From NCBI GenBank assembly GCA_951406725.2, contig OX597818.1, positions 141,732,001-141,796,000 of the forward strand: a stretch of 64,000 nt of DNA. Direction: 5' to 3'. Positions 41,072 to 54,864 of this stretch are shown here, piece by piece. The notes below the pieces were generated by a model. The model made no database searches, was not told the DNA's origin, and worked only from the letters and a program-made list of their open reading frames with translations. The stretch is from Octopus vulgaris. Its lineage: Eukaryota. Positions within the stretch are counted from its first letter, which is position 1. Each line of letters opens with the position of its first letter. The translations under genes were made by a program, and so were the position numbers.

Positions 41072-42316
41072 TTAGGTTGATTCACATGAAATATCGCATT
41101 TTTAATTACTTATTATTTCAGTCATATTTAAAAACTCAATTATGTATACCTTGCATATAATCTTCACTCTTTTTCTTTCCCAACAATATTGGTATACAAA
41201 ATTCGTACCCACAGACCTTATGAAAATGATATTAACCAAATTATGCTGAGGGATTTTCTTGTATGAATACAAACTGGGTCACTCTGCCGCAGAAGCTCTA
41301 CGGAATATCAAGAGGGCCTTTGGTAATGGTTTTGTTGACATCACAACTGTTCAATGATGTTTCCAAAGCTCTCGTTCAGGAGATGATATAGCCTTGAAGT
41401 AGGCCAAAATCAGTTATTCGGCATGATAGATTAAATGCTTTGGTTGAACAAAATCCGAGAACAAAGGTTCGAAAACTTACATCAGAACTCTAAACCTCTC
41501 GCACAACTGTTTTTAGACACCTGTAAATAATTGGAAAAGTCAAGAAAACGGATAGGTTTGTTCCACATCAACTGAACGAGATTAAAAAAAAACAGACGCC
41601 TCGAAGTGTGCTCCTTATTGCTTTCTCGACTGGAAAAATACCATTTTTGCATCAAATCATTACCTGTGGTGAGAAATGGGTATTCTTTGACAATAGCAGA
41701 AGAAGAGGATAGTGATTAGATGCAGGAGAGTCACCTAATCACTACCCAAACCCACCATTGCACCCTAAAAAGTTAGTGGTCACTGTATTGTGGTCTGCGA
41801 AGGGAGTTATTCATTATTTATTTTTGCAACAAGGAAAGAGGGGAACAGCAACATCGTATTGCCAGGAAATTGATTGTATGCATGACAATTTGAAAAAGAA
41901 GCAACCCAGACTAGTGAAAGGAGATGGCCCAATTTTGCTCCACAACAATGCACGTCCTCACACTCCTCAAGCTACGGAGTCCAAAAGTTGCAAAGCCTGA
42001 ATAATGAAATTTTGCAGCATCTTTCCAATTCCCCTGATATCTTTCTTACTGATCATCACTTATTTAAGCATTTTGAGTTTTTCATAAGCAATAAAACATT
42101 CTTAAATAGAGAAGAGGTAATTGAAGCATTCGAACAGTATATCACAGCAAAAGATGATTTTTTTTTTAAAGATGTAATATATATCATAGAGAAATGTTGG
42201 ATAAACGTCATAAATGAACATGAATCATACTTTGATTAAATAAATCAGTTCTCTAACACTTCTGAAACATTTTATTGTTACCTTTCAAATATGACATTTC
42301 ATGTGAAACAACCTAA
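41072..42316 (+). mobile_element. Full-length but inactivated mariner transposon (about 1.25 kb)
   Basis: TIR ttaggttg(a/t)ttcacatgaaat with TA flanks; FLYEYKLGHSAAEALRNI, FVPHQL, ITCGEKW (D to G), LLHNNARPH (D to N), SPDIFLTDHHLFKH; frameshifts. Confidence 0.92.
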
Positions 42317-42471
42317 TACATCTTAGTCTTTTATGTTTCAGAATATATGCTATTTTTCTCCTGCTATGTTATAAAATATATAAATATATAATAGATTTCC
42401 CTGTGTTTTAAACTAGCGATGAGCTCTTTGTTCAAGTTTTGGTTTTGTTGTTCTGCTGAAAAATACACCCT

Positions 42472-42545
<74 letters not shown>

Positions 42546-42609
42546 TACACACACACAAACACACACAAACACATACACACAAACACACACACATTACTTG
42601 AAAATCTCC

Positions 42610-43610
42610 TCCGATATATGGCATTTGGGGAATGAGGGGGCTGATACTGCTGCTCTCATTTGTGTTTCCTGCTGCGAGGTAAGTTCACCTCATGAGAGAA
42701 GGAGTTCCAGTTTCGTTTTGAAGACACCTACATCCACCAAATGAGGGTCTCTCAAGATTTGGGAAAATTGAAGAATTGTGAGCCCTTGACACCCAAACTG
42801 TTACAGTTTCTGGCCCTGTATCTTGATGGTGATGTTGGGGTCTTCGGTAGTATGCAGTGGTATACAGCATGCAGTATGCATACTAACGCCATTTTGGTCT
42901 TAGTATAACTTTCAATGCCAAAGTTTAGTACAAGTTCAAGGATTTTCCAGATGTATACCACTGCTTATATTTCCTACCTTCTTTATAGGGAATATAGTCT
43001 TAACTTCTTTGGCCTTTTCCAGTAGTTGACCTGTCGCATTGAAACGATATTCTTTGTGTAGTTTCGTGGGATTGCTTTGGGTTCAGCCATTAATATTACA
43101 CTGTGAGATAACCATTGTTGGGAGCAGTAGTTTAAGTGGCTGAGGACATATGTCCTCGAGACGACCACCATGGTTTCTTGTTTTCTCGCTCGGAAAGTTC
43201 TAAGGATCCATTAGACCGGATGTCTGCGGATTTTTGCCAACTTGGTAATATGCACCTGGAAAGATGAGTCATTACTCATATTATGCGTAGGTCGCACACT
43301 AACTTTGATTTAGGAATTTCAGTCCCTTCTGGGCCAGTGCATTTTGTCTGTATTTCATTCAACTTCGTGTAATTGTAACGCAGAGCTTGGAATTTTCCAG
43401 CATTAAACTGCACATTATTTTCCTCACTCCACCTATACAGATGGAGTTGCAGGTGCACAACATCTCCAGGATTCTGTATCCTCCGAGAGAGTTTTGTATT
43501 GCCAGCATAACTAGCTAGGATGGGTATCTGAGCGGCTGAGAGCATGTCTGAGAGAGTGACTATGAATAGCATAGAGCCTGTGGAGCGCCATTCAGTATTT
43601 ATGTTTCCTT
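42610..43610 (-). pseudogene. CR1-like LINE RT remnant
   Basis: LFIV..SDM..SYAGNTKL (YADDTKL-like), LYRWSEENNVQFNAGKF, SHLNYCSQ, LRLYSL, YIWKIL. Confidence 0.85.
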
Positions 43611-44044
43611 AGAGGTGATCCCATATATACATATATATATACACACACACACACATACACATATATATAATATTTTATATTTTAATATATTGTATATCAT
43701 TATTATTATTATTATTATTATTTCATCATATTATAAATATATATGCATATACATGTGTGTGTTTGTGTGTACGTATGTATTCATGTATATATATATATAT
43801 ATATATATGTGCGTGTGTGTGTGTGTGTACGTGTATATGTATATATATGCATATATACACACATATATATATATATGCGTGTATGTATATATGTATATAT
43901 ATGTATATATATAGGTATGTATATATTTATATATGTATATATATATATATATATGTATATAGTAAGGAAAAATTTTTTTTTAAATGCAGAATGCTCAAAT
44001 GAAAGAAAATTTTAATAAATTGATAAAATATATAAATATATATT

Positions 44045-44085
44045 TATTCAACCGGTTTTCGTCATTGTATGACTTGTCAAGAATA
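44045..44085 (-). ncRNA. Minimal hammerhead variant (U3-A8)
   Basis: Minus strand TATTC-TTGACAA-GTCAT-aca-ATGAC-GAAA-ACCGGT-T-GAATA; spacing around the cleavage site is off by one nucleotide. Confidence 0.6.
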
Positions 44086-44712
44086 TTTATGTTTTAAAAA
44101 GTTTTTTTTTAAATTAGAAAGGGAAAAAAAGAAAATTGCATTGTTTTTTGTAAAAGAATAATGATAAAAATGTACAAAAATTAAAAAATAAGTTCTCCGA
44201 TACATTGTGAGTTCGTTGTGTATCTTGAGTTTTATGGTTGTTCACGAAAAAATTACCTTGAGGTGTTAAGATCCAAAGGGATTAAGAGCATGTGTTGTGT
44301 TGTTTAATTCAGCATGTTTGCAGGACAGGAAGTAGTAGTAATTGTGGTTCTGGTTCTTCAGTTCCTGTGTTGTGAGTAAGGGGAGACAACTCTTTTGAGT
44401 TCTTCAATAAAACCCAAATTATAAAATTATCATTTTAGCTTCATTTGCGTTATCTTTTTTATATAATTGCTTGTTAACTTAACTTTCAGATTTTAACACT
44501 TTATTTATATTATTTTCTAATTATATAAATCTGCATAGACAATTGCATTTCAAATTGTCATATCATTTATAATAAAAATGATAGTAATAACAACAATAGT
44601 AAAAATGATATTTAAAGAATATAAGTTTTAGCTTGAAGTGATGAATGCATGGTATCTTTATATATTTGTGTTAGTCCATCCATGAAGAGTGAGGTAGAGA
44701 AAGGAAGTTTGA

Positions 44713-45237
44713 TCAACGAGGAGTTTGCATATTAAGTTGTGTTTGGAATTTTTCAATAAAGAGATTCTCCTTGTTAATTCTCTCCTGTGTGGTGATCCCG
44801 TCTTTACATTGGTAGAAGGGGAATATATAGAATTTGGGGTTTAAGTCTTTAGCACATGAGTCTAAGTGGTCACTCAGTGGAATTTGTCGGTATTCCGGGA
44901 GATTTATTTGTTCTTTATGCACCGTTACTCGTTTACGTAACGGGAGACTCGTTTGTCCAACATAATTATGTTGGCAACCAGCGCATGTGAGAACGTAGAT
45001 AAGGTTCTCGGAGGAACAGGAGAAGTTAGTCTTGATTTTAAACTTCGTACCTTGTTTGAAGGTAAATTCAGAGCCTTCAAGTAGAAAGGGGCAGGTACCA
45101 CAGTTTGAGCGTGCACATTTTTTTACTGTTGGGGGTGGATGTGGTGTGTGAAGTTTGGCATTTGTCAAGAGTTTTTTTAAAGATTTGTGTTGCCTTTTGC
45201 ATTTGAGGATTTTGTGTGTATTTATAATGTTTTTCAT
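44713..45237 (-). CDS. PLE GIY-YIG endonuclease domain (truncated ORF)
   Basis: 174-aa open frame clearly homologous to the C-terminus of 52984..54183. Confidence 0.8.
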   Translation of the reverse strand: MKNIINTHKILKCKRQHKSLKKLLTNAKLHTPHPPPTVKKCARSNCGTCPFLLEGSEFTFKQGTKFKIKTNFSCSSENLIYVLTCAGCQHNYVGQTSLPLRKRVTVHKEQINLPEYRQIPLSDHLDSCAKDLNPKFYIFPFYQCKDGITTQERINKENLFIEKFQTQLNMQTPR

Positions 45238-45254
45238 TTTTGGGTCTGTTGACA

Positions 45255-45358
<104 letters not shown>

Positions 45359-46289
45359 CATATGGATTCATGCCATGATGCATATTCATATGCCTCTAGA
45401 GTAATATACTAATTACATTGTGTCCCCATTAAATTCTTTTCGCATCTAATACATGGAAATTTATTCTGCGCTCTATGTTCAATTCGATATTCGTGAATAT
45501 CACGTGACATTACAACCCGGTATGATTTTTTCTTCTTCTTTAATTTCAGTATAGATGGGTAACTAGAGTCTTTCTTACAGATTTTATTTTATGTTCATTT
45601 AAGCTTAATCGTTTATTTTTACGGAAATGCCTGACTGGATATACCTGTATTTCTATTTTTACGTTTTCTAAGTTCTACTACATTGATTGAATAATTTTTA
45701 AATAATTTTAAGGACTTACGTAAACTCTGTGCATATATCAGTGAAACATTCTGTAGATTTGATATTTTCGAATCTGTCCTCCTTCTTTAAATTACATCAT
45801 GGTGAAACATATGGGGAAACATATCATTCAATATATTATTATTCTGAAGCTCCTGCTCGTAGCCAGTCACATACTCGGACGAGAATTCGTGGTTTCTGAC
45901 ACAGGAAAATGTGTATAAAGCATTTAAGCATTCGCTGATGTAGCGAATAACCTCCTGGCTCTTTGAAACTCCAGTATAGGCAATTGAAGCAATAATTAAT
46001 TGAAATAACCATCTATATATCGTACGTTAAGTATGGTACATAGATGTATTCGTAACATCAGAGACGAATAATTCTCATCTATGCATTTAGCTGCCTGGGA
46101 AAAGGCCTAAATAGGTTGATATGCATCTGTCGCTCTCCAGGGACGACATTTTCGTCTCTCTCATAGATATTTATTGTATTTTTTTTTAATACAGTAAGTC
46201 CATAAGAGATGATATCTCAGTACAAATAATGCAGTAACTGAGTTATCAGTGGTGTCTATGCATTAATTATGATAACTAGACGGGTATTT

Positions 46290-46550
<261 letters not shown>

Positions 46551-46886
46551 TCTAAAACCGCACAATACAAAACAAAACTTGCTCGGAAAACATTAGTGGA
46601 CAATACATGTATACTACATAGAATTCACAGTAAATATAGACTATTTATAATGGAGGCAATATTGATAACACAGCTCATTGTTAAAAATATACACACAACC
46701 ACATCACAAACTATAAAGAGATTAGCATACACATATCGTCAAAAGTGCTGTCAGCTTTATTAATGATAGAAAATAAAGCATCAAAACAATGCGAGATGTC
46801 AGTGAGGAATGTCAGAAATCAAGTAAATATATGTACATACACAGAACAGAAGTACTTGAATAATCAAATACGCTTTTAACGTGTGC

Positions 46887-46952
<66 letters not shown>

Positions 46953-46956
<4 letters not shown>

Positions 46957-48198
46957 AGGTAGAAAAGGAACACACGAGTTGATATAAATGGGAAAAAAGT
47001 CAAGGTAGAAAATGCTAAAATAATTTTATTAAAAACATTTCAGTACCGGTTTCAGTCATTGAGACTTTTTCAACTGTAAGTATGGAAAACAATTAAATTT
47101 TGGAAAAATTTTTTAAAAAGTGTTTTTAAAAGAATATTTGTATAGTGTTCAAATACAAGGAGCACTTTCCTGGTTTCTGCCTGTTTCTGTCTCTTTTGTT
47201 TACTCTTGTGAGTTCGAGGTCGTTGTGAATCCTTTGTAAGGAAGAAGAAGAAGAAGAAGAAGAAGAAGAAGAAGAAGAAGAAGAAGAAGAAGAAGAAGAA
47301 GAAGAAGAATGCAGGAGTGCCATGATAGTAGTATGTTAAATGGCCAAGTGCACTGAAAGTGACCCGTTGTGGATGGTAGTAGTGATTGAATTCCTGAGAC
47401 ATCTCTTTTGAACATTTTCGTTATAAAATTTGCGTAGGTGGTATTCTAAACAGCAATAGTGGTAAAGTTAGGAAGGAGGTGGCGGAGAGGAAGAAGACGA
47501 AGAAGAAGAAAGAGAAGGGAGAATAAGAAAGAATGTAGGTAGTATGATCGTAGTAAGGTATTAAATGGTCAAGTGACCTAAAAGTGGTTCGTTATGGATT
47601 ATAGCAGTGATTGGAACTTTCTTTTAATGAATTCTTGGGAATCTCTTTAATGTATTATTTTAATATTTGCGTGTGTGTTAGTCTAAGGCCATGGTAGATA
47701 TGTCGTTTGTTGTAGACGCGTTCAAAAGGGGTCTGTATTTTGTAATAAAGAGAATATCTTTACTAATTCGTTGGCTACATGTTGTATCGTCCCTGAATTG
47801 GTAGAGGGGGGAAATTCTGAAGCTTGGCTGAATGCTATTTTTCTGTTTTTGGGAATTTTGATCTGGGATCTGTGCAGAACCATTCTTTTACGTAGACTGT
47901 TTTTTGTTTGGCCTATGTATTGACCTTGACACCCAGAGCAAGTTAGTGTATATATCAGGTTCTCCGAAGTACATGTGAAGTTACTTTTCACTGTGAAACG
48001 TCGTTCCTGTTTGAAGGAGAACTCTGATCCCTCAATTAAATTGACGCATATCCCACAGTTGGGATATCCACATCGCATCAAAAAAGAATGCGTGATAGAA
48101 GGGCTAAAATTCATCCTGGAAAATAACTACCTCATCTTCAAAGACAATTTCTACCGACAAATATCGGGGACTGCGATGGAAACTAGAATAGCCCCTTC
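46953..48198 (-). mobile_element. Penelope-like element of the same family as 52918, with an inverted 5' RT segment
   Basis: 46953-47080 matches the reverse complement of 54860-54990; 47722-48072 (-) GIY-YIG; 48073-48198 (+) FILENNYLIFKDNFYRQISGTAM; (TG)n on both flanks. Confidence 0.9.
47041..47076 (-). ncRNA. Minimal hammerhead variant (U3-A8)
   Basis: Minus strand CAG-TTGAAAA-AGTC-tcaat-GACT-GAAA-CCGG-TA-CTG. Confidence 0.75.
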
Positions 48199-48199
48199 C

Positions 48200-48237
<38 letters not shown>

Positions 48238-48877
48238 TGTGTGTGTGTGTGAGAGTGTGTGTGTGTGTATATTTGACGGAAACGTCTACAACAATTACAT
48301 TGGCCCAGCCTTCTATGAGAGTCAGCAACATACTATTATAAGCCAGTACTGTTTTATCCTGAAAATGAGTCAATAAAAGTACGAACTTTACTGTTGCAAA
48401 GAAACTGTTAGGAACCCTTATAAAATATGAAAAAATCTATTGATAAGGTGGTGCTCCAGCATGACCACAGTCAAATGACGGAAACAAGCAAAAGAGTAAA
48501 AGAGTAAGAAAAAATAAACTAGAACAGTCATGTTCAAAAGACGAATACAATATATGTATGTACGAAACTGTGAATGGGTAGGCTGAAAGAAAGAAAGAAA
48601 GAAAGAAGGAAAGAAAGAAAGAAAGATATAAATATATATAGATATATAGATAGATAGATAGATACATACATACATACATACATACATACATACAAGGTGG
48701 CTCAAAAATAACTATACTCTTGGCTATATTTTAGTAATTGTACATTGTTTGCATTATATATATATATATGTGTGTACATAGATATACATACACACACACG
48801 TACACACATGTATGTATGGATGAAAGTGTATGTTAATCCGCTGGTTTTAACGTACAGGAGAAAAAAGTACTCAATGT

Positions 48878-48959
<82 letters not shown>

Positions 48960-49083
48960 GAGAGACAGACAGACACACACACACACACACACACATACAG
49001 AGAAAGAGAGAGAAAGAGGGAGAGAGAGATTGAGAGAGATAGAGGAATAGATAGATAGATAGAAAGATAGATAACAGATAGAC

Positions 49084-49181
<98 letters not shown>

Positions 49182-49241
49182 GCAGGGGTAGAGATTACAT
49201 GAAAAAAAAATTTATTGCATGAAATACATGTATAATTGGTT

Positions 49242-49296
<55 letters not shown>

Positions 49297-50110
49297 ATAT
49301 GGCTGTATTGAAGCGTTTCACCAACTTTTCTACTAATTGGTGGGCAAAACTGTCGTATATGACAAAACTCTACTATAAGACTTAATGATGTTTCGGTTCT
49401 AAGTGTAAGCTGAAATAGCTTTCTGCCATTTTGAGTTGAACCTTCTACCTTTTCGATTTTACAAAAACAATAAGAATAAACATAACATAAAGTTTAAAAT
49501 AAAACTCATACAAACGACCAAACAAACCAATTTCTTCTTCTTCTGCTTATTCTTTTTTAGTTTTCCTCTTCTTCTTCTTCTACTGCCAACTTGGTCAGGT
49601 TTAGTGTTTGGGTAAGTTTGCGAAAAGTAAGGAAAATTACATTCGTTCTAAATCAAGTTCAAATTGGAAGGTGAAAAACAAGTAAAAAGATAAATACACA
49701 AATAAATAGATAAATAAATAAAAGATTTTCGCTAACGCTAAAGGCTACATACATCCTACTCTCCTTCCTTTGCCGCCACCATTCTTCCGTTTCCATCTAC
49801 TCATTAGACTTGTAGATGATAATGTAGAAAATCGATCTAAGAACCCAAAGGATGAGAATGTATCTATTGAATTTGTCCATCGGATCCGTAATTGGAAGCC
49901 TGAAACTCGACAGAGATAGGAGAGAAAAGTGGAAATTGGAGTTGGTAGAATGAAGCACGGGATTCGCTAGAATATTACATTGTCCACATAAAAGGAAATC
50001 GTTGTATCAATAACCTGCATCTCGGCCAACACCGTCGTCACGTAAATGGCTGCAGTAGCAGTCACATATCATCAGTCAACCACCATTCTTTCGCTAATAC
50101 CTCCACCACC

Positions 50111-50181
<71 letters not shown>

Positions 50182-51097
50182 GATCATCACTTTCTCTAAC
50201 TCTGCCACCAACAGCATTTACTCATTACTTTATTTATTGTTATTATTCTTTCCCCCTCGAACCACGTCGACCACTTCCAGTAAATAGAACACCCGTTAAC
50301 ACCAGCATCACGTCGACGTCAACTACAAAAGCCGAGGTAATAAAATCACCAACGTCAAGCCTTAAAACCGTTATAGTTGAAATATCCATCAACTTACGAG
50401 AATCAATGAATGTGTTTGACCGGAAGCTAATGACACTGTAGTATTCAGATTACAAGCGGGAAGCTCAAATATCTCTCGAAATAAAACAACAATCATGGCT
50501 TTCTTAGTCATTTTAGACTTTCGGCAACGAATTGGAAGTGGTTCAAACGGTAATTAAATCGCCAAAGTAATTAGCAGCCATGTTTAAAATACACAGAGAA
50601 ATTAAAAGGGAACTATCATTAATACGTAGTACAGAGAACCTTTTCGTTCACAAAGTCTTCCTTTCAATGCCAGTCACAAGAGAAGCGAGCTGAGCTAATG
50701 CAACATATTTCTTTCCGGCGTTTTATTAGCAGCCACTCATTGCCAGAAATTCCTATAGAAATCCACTTTCCAGGAATAGAGTTCTGGTTTGGAGTTACAG
50801 CTAGAAGAGTCTACATTTTGATTTGACTTTTATGTAATCCGTTGATGAATGAGACATGTGACACCTCTCACTCGCCATTGCTCTTCATATTATAACAGGA
50901 ATTTTTGCTTCGTTTTGTTTTTGTTTTTTATTGTTTTTCGTTTTGTTTTTTTTTTTTGTGTTTTTTTTTTTGTTTTCAGCTTAGAAAAACTAACTGCAAT
51001 TAAATGGCTATCTAGAAGGAATTAGTGGATGACACCAGCAGACATGCGACACCTGAGCTCAGTTCAGACGGATCAGTGCAAACAAATAATTAACGAC

Positions 51098-51475
51098 ACT
51101 CCGTCGGTTACGACGACGAGCGTTCCAGTTGGTCCGATCAACAGAAGAGACTGCTCATAAGATTAACGTGCAAGTGATTGAGCACTCCTCACACACACAC
51201 ACACACACACACTGACACACAGACACACACACACACAAATACACTGACACACACACACACATACAGACACACACACACGTGCTATTAACGAAGTTCTCAG
51301 GGAATGTGATAAGGCTAGCTTCTTAGAATTACAAGTAAAACGCATTTTGACCTGTTGAATGGTCAGGAGCAACGTGAAATAAAGTGTGTTGCTCAAGGAC
51401 ACAACGTGTCGCCAGAAATCGAACTCGCGACCTTGCGACCGTGAGCCGAATACCCTAACCACTAAACCATGTTCT
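51098..51475 (-). mobile_element. SINE family C with internal (CA)n expansion
   Basis: Reverse complement of 21016-21320 with a microsatellite at about 51190-51275. Confidence 0.75.
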
Positions 51476-51489
51476 TCGCAAACAATATG

Positions 51490-51710
51490 TTTCTTTATTA
51501 GCCACACAGGGCTGCACACAGCCAGGACAAAATTACAAGGTAGAGCTTTTCTTTTGGGGGTAAAAGAAAGGGGTTTGGTTTTCGATCAAAAGGGATCGTA
51601 AATGGAAAGAAAGAGGACAAAAAAAGGGGGGATAAAATAAGATTTTTAAAAAGGGGGGAGGAAAAAAGGGAAAGGAAAAACTCCCAATAGAGACAATAGG
51701 CCACACACAC
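51490..51710 (-). mobile_element. L1/Tx1-like LINE 3' UTR fragment
   Basis: Matches the UTRs at 55440 and 56285; ends gtgtggctaataaagaaa. Confidence 0.65.
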
Positions 51711-52243
51711 ACTTTATGGTGAGGTACAGTCGATTAAATCGACAGCACTTGATCGCGACAGTGAATTAACCGAGTCATTAGAAGCATATATGTTCTAGTT
51801 ATTATCAATCTAGGTTCAAATTGCATGGAAGCGAACTTCTTTTATTCTTCCAGGGACAGATTTTTTTATTAGTCCGAGGTGGTAGATTAGCGCATCTGTT
51901 AGGTCGTCGCAGTATTTGTTTCAGCCTATTTACGTTCTGAGTTCAAATACTACTGAGGTCAACATTGCGTTTCATCTTTCAGAGATCAATTAAATGAAGT
52001 ACCAGTGTAGAGCCGTAAATTGATAGAATGTTGAACAAACTGCTTAGTAGTGATTGGGCCGAAATTTAACATTTCAGGTAAAATCTCACGGACGTCAACT
52101 TTTCCTTTCATCTTTCCAGCGTCAATAAAATAAAGAACAAGTGTAAGCATTGGAGCAATTGTTTGAATGGGGGCTACAACAGAACACACATGCCCAATGT
52201 GTCACGCAGTGGGATTGAACCTAGAACCATGCGGTTACGAAGC

Positions 52244-52279
<36 letters not shown>

Positions 52280-52283
52280 TGCC

Positions 52284-52320
<37 letters not shown>

Positions 52321-52468
52321 GTGACCGCAATCCAATGACTAGAACAATTAAAAAATAAAAGATATATATACCAGTTTCGCACTGGGTCGATATAATCGAC
52401 TTAATCCCTTTGTCTGTCCTTGTTTGTCCCCTCTATGTTTAGCCCCTTGTGGGCAATAAAGAAAATAT

Positions 52469-52539
<71 letters not shown>

Positions 52540-52849
52540 TCTTTATGTGTGTATACGCGCTCAAACACACACATATACACATATGAGCATACATAAGTAC
52601 AAACACACACACCGAGAACCATTCTTTTATGCTTTTATTCTCCTATTTGTTTCAGTCATTTGACTGCGACCATGCTGAACCACCGCCTTTAGTCGAACAA
52701 ATCGACCCCAGTATTTATTCTTTGCCCGCCTAGTACTTATTCTATTGGTCTCTTTTGCCGAACTGCTAAGTTACAGGGACGTAATCACACCAACATCAGT
52801 TGTCAAGCAATGGTGGGGGCACAAACAGACGCACAAATACATACATACA

Positions 52850-52917
<68 letters not shown>

Positions 52918-54183
52918 TTCATCCTGGAAAATAACTTCTTCGCCTTCAATGACAACTTCTACCGACAAAAATCGGGGACTGCGATGGGTACACGAATGGC
53001 CCCCTCCTTTGCCAATCTAGTCATAGGATATCTAGAGATCAGTCTGTATCGTAAGGTTCTAGAAAGATATGGCAGCCCTTTCTCCATCTACATAGAAAAC
53101 GACTGGAAGAGATATCTAGATGACTGTTTCATCCTTTGGCATAAAAATATAGAAAAACTCATAGAATTCCAGGAAATTTTAAACGGACTGGACGTAAACA
53201 TCCAATTCACGATGGAATATAGCCAGCAACAACTCCCCTTCCTCGATATCCTCATTAAGAAAGCTAATAATATAATAGAAACAGACATATATTATAAGCC
53301 TACAGACTCTAAGCAATATCTTCCATTCAATTCATGCCACCCCAGACACATCAGGATGAATATCCCCTTCAACCTAGCAAAAAGGATATGCACTATAGTC
53401 TCGAACGCAAACACCAGAGACACACGACTACAAGAACTAAAAAATACCCTTATCACCAGGAACTATCCACCTTCACTTATTGACAAGTGCATTCAACGTG
53501 CCCTTCAACTTAACATCAAGGAACTGAGACATCCCAAATCAAAGAAAAACTTACAACCAAAAGCCTTACCATACATCTCCACACACAACTCTCTCAATAA
53601 CGAAGCCTTCGGCACCATCCTCCACAACATACCCCTCCTAAAAAAAGACCACAGAATGAACACAATCCTCCAAACACACACGATCATAAAAAGCAAGAGA
53701 CAGCCTAAATCCATGAAAAGTCTCCTAACACAAGCCCGAATTCACTCTTCAACACAGAAGCCGACAGTAAAAAAATGTGGAAGACCCAATTGCGGGATAT
53801 GCGACTATCTAATTGAGGGATCAGAGTTCTCCTTCAAACAGGGACAACGGTTTACAGTGAAAAGCAACTTCACATGTGCTTCGGAGAACCTAATATACTC
53901 ACTAACCTGCTCCGGGTGTCAAGAGCAGTACATAGGCCAAACAAAATATAGTTTGCGTAAACGAATGGCCCTGCACAGATCCCAGATAAAAATTCCCCAA
54001 AACAGAAAAATAGCTTTTAGCCAACACATAGATACTTGCGCCAACAAAAAAACACCAAGCTTCAGGATTTTCCCCCTCTACCAATTTAGGGACGATACAA
54101 CCTCGAGACAACGAATAAGTAAAGAAACTCTCTTTATTGCAAAATACAGGCCACTTCTAAACGGGTCTACGACAAACAATTAA
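52918..54183 (+). CDS. PLE reverse transcriptase (C-terminal half) + Zn motif + GIY-YIG endonuclease; frame open from 52918, first ATG at 52984
   Basis: YRQKSGTAMGTRMAPSFANL, WKRYLDDCF, LPFLDI, YYKPTD, SCHP, CGRPNCGIC, NLIYSLTCSGCQEQYIGQT. Confidence 0.93.
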   Translation, partial: FILENNFFAFNDNFYRQKSGTAMGTRMAPSFANLVIGYLEISLYRKVLERYGSPFSIYIENDWKRYLDDCFILWHKNIEKLIEFQEILNGLDVNIQFTMEYSQQQLPFLDILIKKANNIIETDIYYKPTDSKQYLPFNSCHPRHIRMNIPFNLAKRICTIVSNANTRDTRLQELKNTLITRNYPPSLIDKCIQRALQLNIKELRHPKSKKNLQPKALPYISTHNSLNNEAFGTILHNIPLLKKDHRMNTILQTHTIIKSKRQPKSMKSLLTQARIHSSTQKPTVKKCGRPNCGICDYLIEGSEFSFKQGQRFTVKSNFTCASENLIYSLTCSGCQEQYIGQTKYSLRKRMALHRSQIKIPQNRKIAFSQHIDTCANKKTPSFRIFPLYQFRDDTTSRQRISKETLFIAKYRPLLNGSTTNN

Positions 54184-54864
54184 TATACCTCAACTTTAGA
54201 ATAAAAGAAATATTCACACACAAATATTACATTCCAAAGAATCCATTACTAATCACAGCTAAAATCACAGCTATAATCCACAACATGCCAACTTCAAGTC
54301 ATACTTTAACCCATTCATATTCTCCCTTCTCTGTTTTTTTCTTCTTCTTCCTCTTCTTCTTCTTCATCATCATCATTATCATCATCATCGTCGTCATAAC
54401 CATCACCACCATCACCATCATCGTCATCTCCTCCTTCTCCTTCTTCTTCTTCTTCATCATCATCATCATCAACATCGTCATCTTCTTCTTCTTCCTCTTC
54501 TTCTACTTCTCCACCTTCTACCCCTTAACTTTGTCACTAATGTTTTTTAGTATAACACCTACGCAAATTCTATAAACAAGCCTTTCAATAGAAATATTCT
54601 CCTGAATTGAACTGCAACTGCCAGCCGCCACTGACCATTCAAAATACGACCATCAGGGCACTCCCAGATTCTCCCACCCCCTTTCCTCATCAGCCTTCTT
54701 CCTCTACTACCCTATCAAGAACTCACAACGACCTCCAACACACAAGTGCAAACAAGGGAGTCAGAGAAAGGCAGAATGCTACTTATATCTGAACACTACT
54801 ATAGAAATATTCCTTTAAAAAAACTTTTCTTCTAATTTTTCTAAATTTAATTATTTAATCGTTA

